In this document: piece by piece, positions 25,045 to 38,324 of the stretch
Numbering within the stretch: position 1 is the first letter of the stretch
How the letters are laid out: the number at the start of each line of letters is the position of its first letter
From: Mobula hypostoma
Lineage: Eukaryota
DNA length: 64,000 nucleotides
Reading direction: 5' to 3'
Assembly: GCF_963921235.1 (NCBI RefSeq)
Contig: NC_086104.1
Coordinates: 95,728,001 to 95,792,000, forward strand
Notes under the pieces: model-generated
What the model was told of the DNA's origin: nothing
Databases searched by the model: none
What the model saw: the letters and a program-made list of their open reading frames with translations, nothing else
Position numbers and translations under genes: made by a program

Positions 25045-25342
25045 AAGGTTACCTTTATTTGTCACATTGAAACATACGGCAAAATGCATCATTTGCATCA
25101 AATCAAATCGGAAGATTTTGCTGGGTAGCCCACAAGTGTCACCACGCTTCCGGAGCCAATACACCCACATCCGGCCCAAGCTCATAACTTCAGAATGTGG
25201 GAGGAAACCAGAGCACGGAGAGGAAATCCACACGATCACTGGGAGAACGTACAAACTCCTTATAGACAGCGGCAGGAATTGCACTCTGATTGCTGATCAC
25301 TGGCACTGTAAAGTGATGTGCTAACCACTACACTACCGTACC
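25045..25342 (-). mobile_element. tRNA-derived V-SINE (HE1-like)
   Basis: A-box TAGTGTAGTGG, degenerate B-box, V-domain GTGCTCTGGTTTCCTCCCACA. Confidence 0.75.
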
Positions 25343-25905
25343 TTTTAAACACCTTGAATTCTGTGCCTGTGTCTGAGGAAATCCCTCCACTGCCTTTACC
25401 AGCTGGGAACCAAACTCTTTGTCCAACAAGTCCATGCCGATTTTCAAGCCACCCTATTTTAGTCAACGCATGTTCCTCACCAGACTGCTTTTCAGACAGG
25501 CACACTTCGTTTTCTCAAGTACGTGGACCCCAATCCCCCTCTGTCACAGGTCCTCCTTGCTTCCCCGTACCACTTTTCACAGGGATTCCCCAGTGATTAT
25601 GATTCCTTTTCAATTGTAGCATTGTGGCTGTGTTCACAATATAAATTACCATGAATTCTCTAAATACTTGTTGCTCTCTGCCCTCCTATCTTACTCAGAT
25701 CTAGAACCCACAGCCGGTATCAAGTGCTTTGCAGTTCAACCTGTTGTTTCTTTAAAACAAAAAAAGCAGATCAAATGTTGTGTCAGTCCTGGATTTGTGG
25801 CACAGAATAGTGATGTGGCAATCTGAGGATTACTGAACCTTTTTGTTTTGGAGGACTTTTACTCTTAAATGCATGCTATAACTAAATTTTTTTTTGTTGA
25901 ATCAG

Positions 25906-25973
25906 CAAGATGAAGGGATCGGACAACCAGGAGAAGCTGGTTTATCAAATCATTGAAGACGCTGGGAATAAAG
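25906..25973 (+). CDS. POLR3F: POLR3F coding exon 4
   Basis: GAATCAG|C KMKGSDNQEKLVYQIIEDAGNK G|GTACAG; 68 nt. Confidence 0.97.
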
Positions 25974-26384
25974 GTACAGTAACATCTTCAAATTGACGAC
26001 CAGCTAGGTAAAATCCCAAAGGGGCCACAGTCCATTGTCATCGGGAAACTTCCTCCAGCTGAGTATTGCATGTGGGGAGCCCGGCTCCCCGAGATCAAGA
26101 CTCAAGGGCACTGGCCTCAAAGGTTTTCCGCTGGGATATCATTCTTCCATTTCTCTATAGGACCTCCCTGGGTTACAAACACCTGGCCTATGGACAGCTT
26201 GTACGCACGATCGGGGTTTTGAGAAACCAGTGAGATGGATTTTCCAGCTGCTGTGAGGTTACAGGCATCTTCTGTTGGGTGGGCATGTGACATTTCGGTA
26301 ATGCCTTCTCTTCCCACTCATCCTCTCCTTCCTCCCCACCAGCCCATTTCTCTCCCCCCACCACATACACACCCTGAGTCATTG

Positions 26385-28720
26385 GGTAACATAAATGTAC
26401 AGAACAGAAGCAGGCTCTTTGACCCATCTAGTCCATGCAGAAATCATTTAAACTGCGTATCTCCATTGACCTGCACCGGGACAATAGCCCTCCATATCCC
26501 TACTATCCAAACTCCTCTTAAATGTTGAAATTGAGCTTGTATGCAGCTCATTCCACACTCTCACGACCTTCTGGGTGAAGTTTCACCTCATGTTTCCCTT
26601 AAACTTCTCACCTTTCACCCTTGACCTCTGGTTGTAGTCCCACCCAATCTCAGTGGGGAAAGCCTACTTGAACTTACCCTATCTATATCCCACATAATTT
26701 TGTATACGTCTATCAAATCTCCCCTCATTCTCCTACATTCTGAAGAGTACAGTCCTAATCTATTCAATCCTTCCTTTTAACTCAGGTCCTCCAGACCCGG
26801 AAACATTCTTATAATTTTTCTCTGTACTCTTTCAACCTGATTTACGTCTTTCCTGTAGGTAGGAACTGCATACAATACTCCCATTTAGGCCTCACCAGTG
26901 GCTTATACAACTTCAGCATAATATCCCATCTCCTGTAAATACATGGATTTTTGAAGGCCAATGTGCCAAAAGGTTTACGAGACTATCTACCTGTGATGCC
27001 ACTTTCAATGAATTATGGACCTGTATTCCAAGATCCCTCTGTTCTTCCACACTCCTCAGTGCCCTACTGTTCACTGTGTTAGACTTACACTGGTTGGTCC
27101 TACTGAAGTGCAAAACCTCGCACATGAAGTTGGTGCTGCTTTGTCTCAGTTCGACAAACTCTGTTTCTATTTCCCGAGTAAATACAGATGCAAAGAATTC
27201 ATTTAAGGTCTCTCCCATCGGTTTTGGCTCTACACATGGATTACCGTTCTGGTCTTCCAGAGGATCAATTTTGTCCCTTGCAATCCTTTTGCTCTTAACG
27301 TATCTGTAGAATCCCTGAGGATTCTCTTTCACCTTGTCTGCTAGAGTAACTTCGTGCCTTCTTTTAGCCCTCCCCTGATTTCTTTCTTGGGTGTTCTCTT
27401 GCATTTTTTGCACTCCATAAGCACCTCATTTATTCCTACTTGCCTATACCTGCTATGCACCTCCTTTTTTCTCTTAACCAGGGCATCAATAACTCTTGAA
27501 AACCAAGGTTTCACACACTTGTTATCTTTACCTTTTATCTGACAGGCACCTACAAGCGTGGTACTCTCAAAATTTCACTTTTGATGCCCTCTCACATTTC
27601 AAGTATACCTTTGCCAGAAAACAGCTGATCCAAACTTGCCAGATCATTTCTGATACCATCAAAATTGACCTTTCTCCAGTTTAGAATCTCAACCTGTAGA
27701 CCAGACCAATCTTTTTGCATATTTACTTTGAAACTAATGGCATTATATTCACGGGATGCAAAGTGATCCCCTCCACAAACTTCTGTCACTTGTCTCATTC
27801 CTCAAAAGCAGATCCAGTATCACATGCTCTTTCGTTGGGACTTCTATGTACTGACGAAGGAATGTTTCCTGAAAACATTTGACAAACTCTATCCCATTCA
27901 GTCCTTTTACAGCTTGGGATTTCCAGCCAAAATGTGGAAATTTAAAATCACCTACTATAACAACCTTACGTTTCTTTCAACGGTCTGTGATCCCTTTACA
28001 GATCTGTCCTCTAAATCCCTAGGACTGTTGGGTGAATGTAGCCCTATTAACGTGGCCTTATTTCTCAGTCCCGCCTATAATGCCTCACTATTTGAGTTCT
28101 CCAGTCTGTCCTGATGGACGCTGCCCTGACATTTTCCTTGACTAGTAACGCCACCCCTCCCCCTTTAATCCCTCCCACTCTGTCATGAAGAAAACAACGG
28201 AACCTTGGAATATTGAGCTGCCAGTCCTGCCAGTCCTGCCCCTCCTGCAACCAAGTCTCACTAATGGCTACAACGTCATAATTCCAGTTGCTGATCCATG
28301 CCCCAAGCTCATCTGCCTTTCTACGATGCTTCTTGCACAGCTCAGGACTCCAGTCACACCATGCTCAATCTTTTGGTTCCTGTCTTTGAGGGCTTACCAA
28401 TACCTGTCTCCACAACCTCTCCACTAACTGTTCTGGCGCTCTGGTTCCCACCCCCAGCTACTCTAGTTTAAACCCCACATGCAGCTTTAACAAACCTTCT
28501 TGCTGGGATATTCGTGCCCTTCCAGTCGAGGTGCAAACCGTCTCTTCTGTGCTGGTCCCACCTTCCCTGGAAGAGAGCCCAATGATCTAAAACTCTTAAG
28601 CTCTCCCTTCTACACCAACTCCTTAGCCATGTATTAAACTGTATAATCTTCATATTTCTGGCCTCACTAGCACTTGGCATGGGTAGCAATCCTGAGATCA
28701 CAACCCTGAAGGTCCCGCCC
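26385..28720 (-). mobile_element. Degenerate, internally deleted CR1 LINE (ORF1 esterase end, endonuclease and RT pieces)
   Basis: ISGLLPMPSASEARN...RDGLHL (ORF1); GGGVALLVKE (endonuclease); FYRYVKSKR and EEQRDLGIQVH (ORF2). Confidence 0.85.
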
Positions 28721-30789
28721 TTTTGCTTAGCTATGGCAGTTGAGCAGAGCTAGGAGCACTGAGCAGACTTGCTCGCTCCCTCACTGAAACAGTGAGGTCA
28801 GCTGGTGGCCACTCTCCTTCCATCTGCTCATTCTGCTGTCACAGCTGTTTCTGTGACCCTCTCCTACCCACAGTGTATCTGTGCTTGTTTTGCAAACACC
28901 CCTCAGGAATGCAAGCCTGTTGTAACCTAAGGAAGGTACCCGGGAGAACAACTGTAAGGCGTTTTAGAATAGTCCTACTGCAGATTACACCTGTCTCCCA
29001 CTTACGATGGTTTTAAAAAGAATGGAGGGAATGGTTCAAGATATCATCTATTTGATCTGCCTCGCCCTTTTCAAACTTACTATCCCAATTTCAGACTGTG
29101 CATTTTCATTTGTTGCAGTTGGGAGCCAAACTAAGTGCTTCCAGTATTGTTGCTTTTGTTTTGGGTATTAGAAAAGCTGAGCAGTTCAAGCAGGAAAGAG
29201 AAATGGTCAATGGTTTGTGTCTGCAACCCTTCACCAGGACCAGACAAAGAGGGGCACAAGTTAGTTTTCACTAAGTGATGGTAAGGCTCTGTAGAATTGA
29301 GGGAGAATTTATAATAGGATAAATCGAGACTCAAAACACTGCAAATACTATAATCTGGAGCAAAAGAATGAACTGCTGGAGGAAATCAGCAGATCAGGCA
29401 GCATCTGTGAAGGCAGAGGGATGATGGCTTCAGGTCTGAGTGTGTGAAGGAGTGATGGCCAGTGTGAGAGGCAGGGGTGGCAGGTGTATAGATGTAACCA
29501 GGTGAAGTGGGGCTGGTTGATAGGCAGATTGAGTTAGGTGGCACAAGGGTTGGTGGTAGAGGCAGCTGGAAGGCTGTTATGTGGAGACAAAAGGAAACTG
29601 GAGATTCTGGAATCTGATGAGGAACCAGGCAGCCTGGGTGGATCAAGAGAGAAAAGAACATGGGTTGCATGTTACCAGATTAGTTAAAATGGCTGAGCAA
29701 CAGACACAAAATGCTGGAGGAACTCAGCAAGTCAGATAGCATCTACGGAGAGGAATAAGCAGCAGGACTGTTTATTTCCCTGCACAGATGCTGCCTGACC
29801 TGCTAAGTTCCTTCGGTATTTTGCATGTGTTGCTCAAAGTTTCCAGCAAAATTTCTTGTGTCCATGTAGTTGGTGGCAGTTAGCAGCTCATTAAGTTACT
29901 AGACCTGTGTAATGAGTTGTTAATGGTCAGGTGTAGGGTCTGCCCAGCAGAGCTTTGTGCTCCTTGCTGAACAAATATTCTATTTGGAGGTTGCAGACAC
30001 TTCAGCCTCTGTGTACCATTGAAGAGAGGATGAGTTATTGAACTGGTGCCTAGGGTGTCAATCACATGGCTGCTTTGTGCAGCACGTCACTGACTATTCA
30101 TGGAATATGCTCTATAGCTGTCCTGATATCCGTTTTGGATCCAGAAAGTTTTGGCTGAACTGATCTCCTGCGGCATTGCTGATGATTATCAAGATTCAAG
30201 TTTATTTATCTTGTGTACATTGAAACATACAGTGAGAAGTGCCTTTTGCATTCATAACCAACACACCCAAGGGTGTGCTGGGGCAGCCCCCAAGTGTCAG
30301 CGCACATTCTGGCGCCAACATGGCATGCCCACAATGCTCAGCAGAACGACAGCAAGACAAGCCCTGGTTCCTCCAACACACTCAGCCCTGGTTCCTCCAA
30401 CACACTCAGTCCTCTAATCCCTAGAAGGCTATCTTCTTTGGTCTCCAGGCTCCATCGCATTCAGGCTCTCAGACACTGGTTCTTCAACTTCCCCAGTGAA
30501 CTTGCAGAGATTTGCTGACCAGGGCTCCACTCAGGGTCCTTGACTTCCGTACTCCTTAATCGACCTCCATCAACCCCAGGACCGCTGATCATCAAACTCC
30601 AGGTCTTGAATTTTGGATTCGCAGGTGCCGGGACCTGAACACTAGGCCTTGAGCTCCAGTCCCACTGATTCACAAACGTGGGGTTATCGGACCTCGCTGC
30701 TTTTGCCCGCACAGATCTCCAACTCCAGAGCTCACCGCCAACTCACTGACCTGGTTTTTGTTGGAGATGTCATTTAATGGCAAATAATA

Positions 30790-31060
30790 TTAAACATCCT
30801 GACTGATCCTTGGGCCATAATTGTTCAAAGTACAAAGGGGCTTTCAGGATGGCAGAGAGAACCTCGAAGCATGCATCAGCAGCAGAGGCGCAGAGAAAGG
30901 GGTAGAACACCTCACAAACCACCAGCCCCATCATTCACCACCTCGTGCATCTGTGAAAGACTGTGGTTCCCATCTTAACCACATTGGCCATCATGGAATC
31001 CTCAAAGCTGTCATTGAAATAAGTCACCCTTGATCCCGAGGAGCTGCTGAGGAAGAGGTG
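30790..31060 (+). mobile_element. RTE-like LINE 3' remnant
   Basis: Degenerate C-terminal zinc-knuckle-like segment (CICE..DCGSH...IGH) and a GAAGAG-type end. Confidence 0.45.
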
Positions 31061-32374
31061 GAAGAACACTGAATGTTGACAATGTGTTTATAAACCATTT
31101 CATTGTGTACTGGAATAGAACACGTTAGCAAACGTCTCTACTTCCGGTCTTTTATAGCAGGAAAGTTTTTGATGAAGCACCTGAAGGGGGTTGGTCCCAG
31201 GCTTGAGGAGGAGATGATTGAGTTTCGGCAATCACAAGCATTATCTAATTTCAGTGCAGAATCTCACCCCTGTAATCCCTTGACCATGGTCAGAAGTTGC
31301 ACTGATGTCGAGCCCAATCACTTTCACCTTACTCGGAATCCTATTTATATTTTCTCTCTGCATTAAGGTCTGCAGCTGGGTGATTCTCCTAGCCCTGAGC
31401 TCACTGCGTGTCCGCAGGTTGTTGGTGTGTGGTGATAGCTTTTTAGCACTTTAAACGAACCATTCCGACAAAGGATTGAGGACAGTCTGATGGTGTGCAG
31501 AAGTTGTTTGGAATGGATTGTGCCTGGTTTGTGTGGAAGTGACATACCTGAGAGACTTTCCACGTTGTCAGATGTTGTAGTTGTGTTGACTCAGAGTATG
31601 GCTAATTCTACAGGCAGGACAAGTGTTCAGCACAGAAATTGGGACTTTGTCAGGGCACGGCTGTGTCCAGCACACTTGGCCACATGGGATAAATAGAATT
31701 GGCTGCAATCTGACCTTGCAGGGTGAGAGCAATGTTCTCTGCAGTTATTGTGGAGTTGCCTTGCCATGTTAACTGAGTTGTTTGTCCATCACCATTCCTG
31801 GGATTTCTAAGCACCAATTTGATTTTATTCCAATACTGCTTCCACTATTTTAGTGTTAGGTTGGCACTTTATTTGGGTATTCTGCTCCCACAGAAGCTCA
31901 CTGGTGTCCTGAGTTGATGATGCTGGTAGAGTTGGGGTTATGCGAGATCACGTGGCTGTGGATTGTGGGGGAGTGTAGCTCAGCTTCGTGACAGCCGGCC
32001 GTTTCCTACGGAAGCCCAGTTTAGAGCTGCTCAGCTCTACCGTTCCCACACTTGTGCACTGATCTTGCAGTGGCACGGTCATCTTTTAGTGTGATGCCAA
32101 TTAATGGAACCACTAAGAGCCATTCCCAACCCGGGGTCCACGAAGCCTTGTTTGGGAACCCGCATGCCAAGAGGTCCTCGTGCTCAAGTCTTTCCAGCGG
32201 GTCTTGAACTCACGTCTCTGATACTGTTATTGCTAAAGATACGGTTAATACCTTTTAAGAATTCATAACATGTCTAATAATAAAATACCTTTGATCTAAA
32301 ATGGCAATGCTGAAAAATTACAAAGTGCTTAAAATCATATCTTCAGCCCAGTAATAAAAATGTTTATTTTGTAG

Positions 32375-32487
32375 GTATATGGAGCAGAGATATTCGATAC
32401 AAAAGCAACCTTCCTCTAACGGAGATCAACAAAATTTTGAAGAATATGGAAAGCAAAAAACTAATAAAAGCTGTGAAGTCTGTTGCT
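32375..32487 (+). CDS. POLR3F: POLR3F coding exon 5
   Basis: TTTTGTAG|(G)IWSRDIRYKSNLPLTEINKILKNMESKKLIKAVKSVA|GTGAGT; 113 nt. Confidence 0.97.
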
Positions 32488-32833
32488 GTGAGTATATTAG
32501 TCCGGGTTTGGATAAAATACTCTCCACCTTACCATCCCTCTCTGAGATCTCTCAACATGTAAAGAAGGCATGATTTGACTGCATAGTGCAGCACTCTTAG
32601 ATATTTTTAGATTATGGGCTTGGGTCTGTGCTTACATGTTTCAATTAAGGCAACACACACAAAATGCGGGAGAAACTCAGCAGGTCAGACAGTATCTGTG
32701 GAAATGAACAAACAATTGACATTTCAGGCCCTTCCTCAGCACTGAAGTTTGCATGGTCACCTTCAAACTGAGTGTTTTCATTCAGTATAATAAAAAATGG
32801 AATTACCTTTAATCAGTTTATACTTAACACATA

Positions 32834-33361
32834 CACTCAGTGGTCACTTTATTAGGTACAACTGTACACCTGCTCGTTAATACAAATATCTAATCAGCCA
32901 ACTCAATACATAAAAGCATGCGGACATGGTCAAGAGGTTCAGTTGTTTTTCAGACCAAATATCAGAATAGGGATGAGATGTGATCCAAGTGACTTTGACC
33001 GTGGAACTATTGTTGGTGCCAGATGGGGTGGTTTGAGCATCTCACAAACTGCTGATCTCCTGGGGTTTTCACAGTCTCTAGACCTTACAGAGAAAGGTGG
33101 AAAAACAAAAACACCCAGTGAGCGGCAGTTCTGTGGGTGAAAACGCCTTGTTATTGAGAGAGGTCAGAGGAGAATGGCCAGACTAGTTTAAGCTGACAGG
33201 AAGGTGACAGTAACTCAAATAACCATGAGTTACAACAGTGGTGTGCAGAGGAGCATCTCTGAACGCACAAGTGGATGGGCTACAGCAGCAGAAGATGACA
33301 AACGTACACGCAGTGGCCACTTTTAAGCACAGGAAATACCTGATAAACTGGCTATTGAGTG
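32834..33361 (+). mobile_element. Tc1-like non-autonomous element
   Basis: TA|CACTCAGTGG...TTGAGTG|TA; SDFDRGTIVGARWGGLSISQTADLLGFS (Tc1 HTH remnant). Confidence 0.85.
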
Positions 33362-34413
33362 TATGAAACTTCCAGTGACTTTTGTGAAAGCAATACAACT
33401 CCAGAAATTCAAAGTACAGAAACAACCCATTGTTCTGTATTTATATCAATCTCATTAATCCCACTTTCCTCAAAGCCTTACATTTTACCCCAAGTTCCCT
33501 TTTTTTTTTGAAAATTCTCCTATTAACGTTGGGGGAAATGTGAGCTATGGGGAAAGTAATTTCAATATTATTTCCAAAAATATTCCATTATGGAGGTGCA
33601 TTAAAAAATATTAACACTTGTACATTGGTTAAGGTGAGAGGCAATATTTTTCTAGAGGGGATTTTGTTGTACAAACTAATGCCTGAAACACCAACTATGT
33701 TTTAAGTCCAGTCCATGATTTTCTTGATTGGTTTTGGCTGCCTGTTGAAATTGGAGAGCAGATTTTCAGATTCTTTCCCCCACCCCGCCCCCGAGTCGAT
33801 TACTAAGATATCCTGCGCATCTGGTTGGTGATGAACTTCGCATTCTGATGTCCCAGGACACCCAGGAGCAGCGATGCAGAAGGGGAATGGGCAGCACCCT
33901 TGGTGCTAACTGAGAGATCAGAAATGTAACCCCATGTTAGTAGGTTGCGAAATTGAGTTCGGGGCAGGGCGGTGGCAGTGAGGGGGGGGAAGAAAATCTT
34001 GTGATTTGTGATGGGCACCAGGTAACTGATCATAAAATCCACGAATTATTTCAGCTGTTTACCTTGGTGCCTTTCAAAAATGCAATCAGTCCACCACATA
34101 ATTTGTTTTAAATTTACTAATGTCTGTGGATGTTGCTGGTAAGGCCATCAATTATTGTTACTCCCTCTTCTCACTTATGAGGAGGTGGTGTCGAAATGCC
34201 TTCTACAATGGCTGTTTCCTTCTGGTGAAGTTGTGTCCACAGTGCCATTAGCAAAGGAGCTCCAGCATTTAGACCTGTGACAAAGGACGGATGAAGATTT
34301 ATTTTTGACTCTCAATGTTTTAAAGAGCTGCTAGTTTCAGGGATAAATGCCTGCTTTGGCAGTAATGCACTGGAGTCAAGAGTAAGTAAAATGTCTATCC
34401 TCCCTTATTCCAG

Positions 34414-34557
34414 GCATCGAAGAAAAAGGTGTACATGTTGTATAACTTGCAGCCAGATCGGTCTGTGACTGGTGGCGCTTGGTACAGTGACCAGGACTTC
34501 GAGTCCGAGTTTGTGGAAGTGTTGAACCAACAGTGCTTTAAGTTCTTACAAAATAAG
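34414..34557 (+). CDS. POLR3F: POLR3F coding exon 6
   Basis: TTATTCCAG|ASKKKVYMLYNLQPDRSVTGGAWYSDQDFESEFVEVLNQQCFKFLQNK|GTAAGG; 144 nt. Confidence 0.98.
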
Positions 34558-35164
34558 GTAAGGCTTTAAATTCATACAAAATAAGCTGATGCTTTATAAG
34601 GCATTGTTCAGACTGCTCTTGAGAATATTATGACCAGTTTTGGGCCCCTTATCTAAAAAAGGATGTCCTGGCATGGGAGAGGGTCCAGAGGAAGTTCACA
34701 AAAATGATCTTGGGAATGATGGGGTTAGAGAGTGGGGAGTGTTTGGCTCTGCTCCTGTACTCACTGGAGTTTTGAAGAATGAAGGTGAGGATCTCATTGA
34801 AACGTCTTGATTATTGAAAGGCCTGGATAGAGTGGGCGTGGAGAGGATGGTTCCTAAAGTGAGGAAGTCTATGACTAGAGGGAAAAGCCTCAGAGTAGAA
34901 GGACATCCCTTTAGAAGGGAGATGAGGAGGAATTGTTTTAGGCAGAGGATAGTGAATCTGTGGAATTCATTGCCACAGACAGCTGTGGAGGCCAAGTCAT
35001 TGGGTGTATTTCAGACATACCACCTCTCCCGGAAGTTCCAGGAGTCTCCCGCATATCGATAGTGGCTTTCTGATGCTTGGAAATTATATACAATATCCCG
35101 GAAATAGATTTTTTTGAGCGGGAGAGGGAGACCGAGCATCCTGATTGGTCTCTCTTCATGCTAA

Positions 35165-36324
35165 GAGTGGTCCCCAACCATTGGGCCGTGAGGAAACAAT
35201 ATGATTTGGCAATATGAAACGATATTAGTCAGCTGCACCTTTCCTCATTCACTGTCACGCACTGTTGAATTTTAACACGCGAGGTCATCAGTGACCCAAG
35301 ACATGCAAAGGAATTCCATCCGTGATCCCCAGTGAATCATCCATGTCAGCGTGGGGAAAAAGATCAACTCCTCCAGCTTGCAAATGACGGCGGGCTGAAA
35401 AGTATGTTTGACATAACATCTCTGGATCAAAGTCAAGGCTGAATATCCTGAGATAGCCATGAAAACGTTGCTTCCATTTCCAACATATTTCTGTGAAGCG
35501 GAGCTTTCTGCAATGAATGCAACGAAAACTAAATTGCCGAATAGACTGGACATAAGGAACCCCCTTCGAGTATCGCTGTCTCCCATCACCCCTCGATAGG
35601 ACCATGTTGTTGCAGGAAAACAAGCCCAGGGCTCCCACTGATTCAGCGATACAGGTATTGGTCTGTTGCAATGATTTTATATATTCATACGAGGAATATA
35701 TGCACTGTGTGTTTAATATCCAAACGTTACTTAAAATGTTATGATGCTATTGACTTACAAGTGACTTACAATTCAGTGGTCCCCAGCCTCTGGGCCGCGA
35801 AGAATACGGCGGTGGCCGGGACGCACCCAGCACATCTTTCAGAGAAAAGCCAAAATAAACAAGTTAATTAATTAGGTGCCATCCGGCCCGTAAATGTCGG
35901 CCCAGATCAGAGGCAATTGCCAATTGCATCGTCTCTGATCTGGGCCGACATTTACATGCCGGGCAGCACCTAATCAATTAGCTTGTTTATTTCGGCTTTT
36001 TTCTTAAAGATGTGCTGGGTGTGTTCCGGCCATCGCTGTACCCCTGCATTCGTCGCGGCCCGGAGGTTTGGGACCACTGTTGTAACTGACTTATCACTAC
36101 ATTCATGTGAGGAAAATATGCGCTGTGTGTTTAGTATCAAATTCGTTAGATAAACCCCTTTAGAAATGAAATCGAGCATATTAGCCACTGACAAGTGACT
36201 TATGGCTGACTTATCACCTATATTCCGGTTGCGTTTAACCCCCCACCCTGTCTCATCGGCCGGTCCGCAGGAATATTGTCAATATTAGACCGGTCCACGG
36301 TGCAAAAAAGGTTGGGGTCCCCTG
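35165..36324 (+). mobile_element. hAT-Charlie/Buster element with C-terminal transposase remnant
   Basis: TIRs GAGTGGTCCCCAACC / GGTTGGGGTCCCCTG; WIKVKAEYPEIA..LLPFPTYFCEA..TKTKLPNRLDI..KQAQGSH* (hATC dimerisation region). Confidence 0.88.
35774..36079. mobile_element. Palindromic hAT-type MITE nested in the Charlie element
   Basis: CAGTGGTCCCCAGCCTC...GAGGTTTGGGACCACTG; the whole element is an imperfect inverted repeat. Confidence 0.8.
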
Positions 36325-37889
36325 ATTTAAACTAGCTGGCTGGTTGCCAAGGAGCTACGCTATTGATGTCCTACGTGATGAGGCCAAAATCCCTGTAGAC
36401 TTGCTTAAAGTTGTAATAGAATAAACATGATAATATAATATAATACAAGTACATACTTTAATCTCACATTTGCTGTATATACCCAACTTGGTTTACAGAT
36501 TAGACAAAATCATTAAACAAAGTATTACATACACCCTTGGAGGTCGACCAGGGGTGGGGGGGGATGCGCGGGGGTGCTACCTCCCTAAAATGAGTTTTTG
36601 CAGGGTGGGATGTCTGGTATTTGAAGCTGAGGTTGATAGATTCTTGATTAGTAAGGGTGTCAAAGGCAGGAGAATGGGGTTGAGAGGGACAAATAATCAG
36701 CCGTGATTGAATGGCGATACAGACTTGATGGGCCAAATGGCCTAATTCTGCTCCCATCTTGTGATGCTGTAAACTGTACAGTTTGGAGGGACAAGTCATA
36801 ATGACCTGCATTGTGGGGGATTGACAATTTTTGGATTGATTGAAGCAGGATGAGGATAAGTGATTTAACAAACAGCATGTTGAAATAGCAGGGACCAAGG
36901 GCTTGAGCTTTGCATCATTAGGGGGAGAAATTCTAAGAATTTTGTTATTCAATGTTTTGCTCCAACACAGTCGGATGAAAATATTTGAGACCCTTCGATA
37001 TCAGATAAATGAAATGTTTCACCGGTGCATGGTATTTTCTAATGTAAGTCAATGTACGATGAAATTTCACCCCCTCGAGCTATTCTGCCCAATTGTTTTT
37101 TAAATTTCCAGTCTCAGAGAGCTGAATCCAGAAACATCTGACTCAGAGGCGTGGCTGCTATCAATAAAAATTCATGTTATTTCCAGGGAGAGGAATTATC
37201 CAGATGAATGTAGTTAAAGTAATTCCCCGACCTCAATGGCCATGATTCCTGTTCTATAAATGGATTGTTGTTCCAGCCAGAGAAGGACCCAGCTCTCCCC
37301 TCTGCCTGCACATGTGAACTGGCAGCCTGTCAAGCTTCAGGGAGTTGCTCCAATCCTTACAGCAATTTCATATGTTGGAAATGAACAGAAACTGTTTGTG
37401 GAAGAGGATCGCAGGGATGGCTGTGATGGGAGAGTGAGCAGGCAGCCAGCCTCACTCACTCAGTGAGTGCTCTGTGCTCCCAGCTCTCCTCCTCTTCACT
37501 GAGACCTCGAATGTCCCAACTCGGGTGGTGAGAGAAGGCACCTGGAAATACCCCAATTCCCACCTGACAGTCGATGCCTGCACCCAATAACGCCCAGTGG
37601 CCAATAAATCTATCCCAACAGTCTCTCAAATGTTTTTTCTCTGTACAGGGCGTCCATCCAACTGGGGAAGGAACTGCATGATTGTCTGGAAATAATTATA
37701 TATTTCTCCAATCCAGCAGTCCTACAATACCCAGTGTTTATTATAGACTGATTTGTACTAGGGTAGTAATCAGTACATGCCACACACATTTACGTTGCGG
37801 AAGTGAATGGTAATATTGAATATATATTTTAAAGTCTTATTACTGGAAGTTAATCACTAATAAAGAAAGTAACCATGTGTTCCCTACAG

Positions 37890-37997
37890 GCAGAGGTGGC
37901 TCGGGAGAGTAAACAAAGTCCTATGGTTCAAAGGAACAGTTCGTTTGCTTCATCGCATGAAGTGTGGAAATACATCTGTGAATTGGGTATCAGCAAG
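37890..37997 (+). CDS. POLR3F: POLR3F coding exon 7
   Basis: CCCTACAG|AEVARESKQSPMVQRNSSFASSHEVWKYICELGISK|GTACTA; 108 nt. Confidence 0.97.
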
Positions 37998-38324
37998 GTA
38001 CTAGAATGCTGTCTGTCTCTTTTCTTTAGACCTGTGAAGATGAGGTCTGTTGTCTAGCTAAAGTGATCAGTATTCAAAAATGACATTTTTATCAAATACG
38101 GTGTCTTTAAACCACTTTACCCTGCTTTTTCCAGTTTCAGGTTTAGTGAAGTTTGCAGATATTTTTTGCCCCATCGATTATGACATTCAACCTCCTCAAC
38201 CAGTTCCTTTCCTTCCCTTTGTCCACAGACTAAATCTTGTATGTTCCCATTCAACCTAAAATCGTCCTTCCTGATTCATTAGCTTAGAAATAACAAACAA
38301 CATTTTCATCTCCTGTTCACATGT

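Larger units (their letters stand above)
35012..36616. mobile_element. Non-autonomous TIR element with 6-bp TSD (hAT-like, family unassigned)
   Basis: TIRs CAGACATACCACC / GGTGGGATGTCTG; TSD GTATTT at 35006-35011 and 36617-36622. Confidence 0.75.
34580..36770 (+). mobile_element. CR1 LINE 3' part, split by nested DNA transposons
   Basis: CR1 sequence ...GGAGGCCAAGTCATTGGGTGTATTT resumes as GTATTTGAAGCTGAGGTTGATAG at 36617. Confidence 0.85.

Noticed and set aside
30360-30410. 24-bp direct repeat (two copies) as a CRISPR-like array
   Set aside because: Adjacent tandem copies without spacers in eukaryotic intron DNA; a simple duplication.
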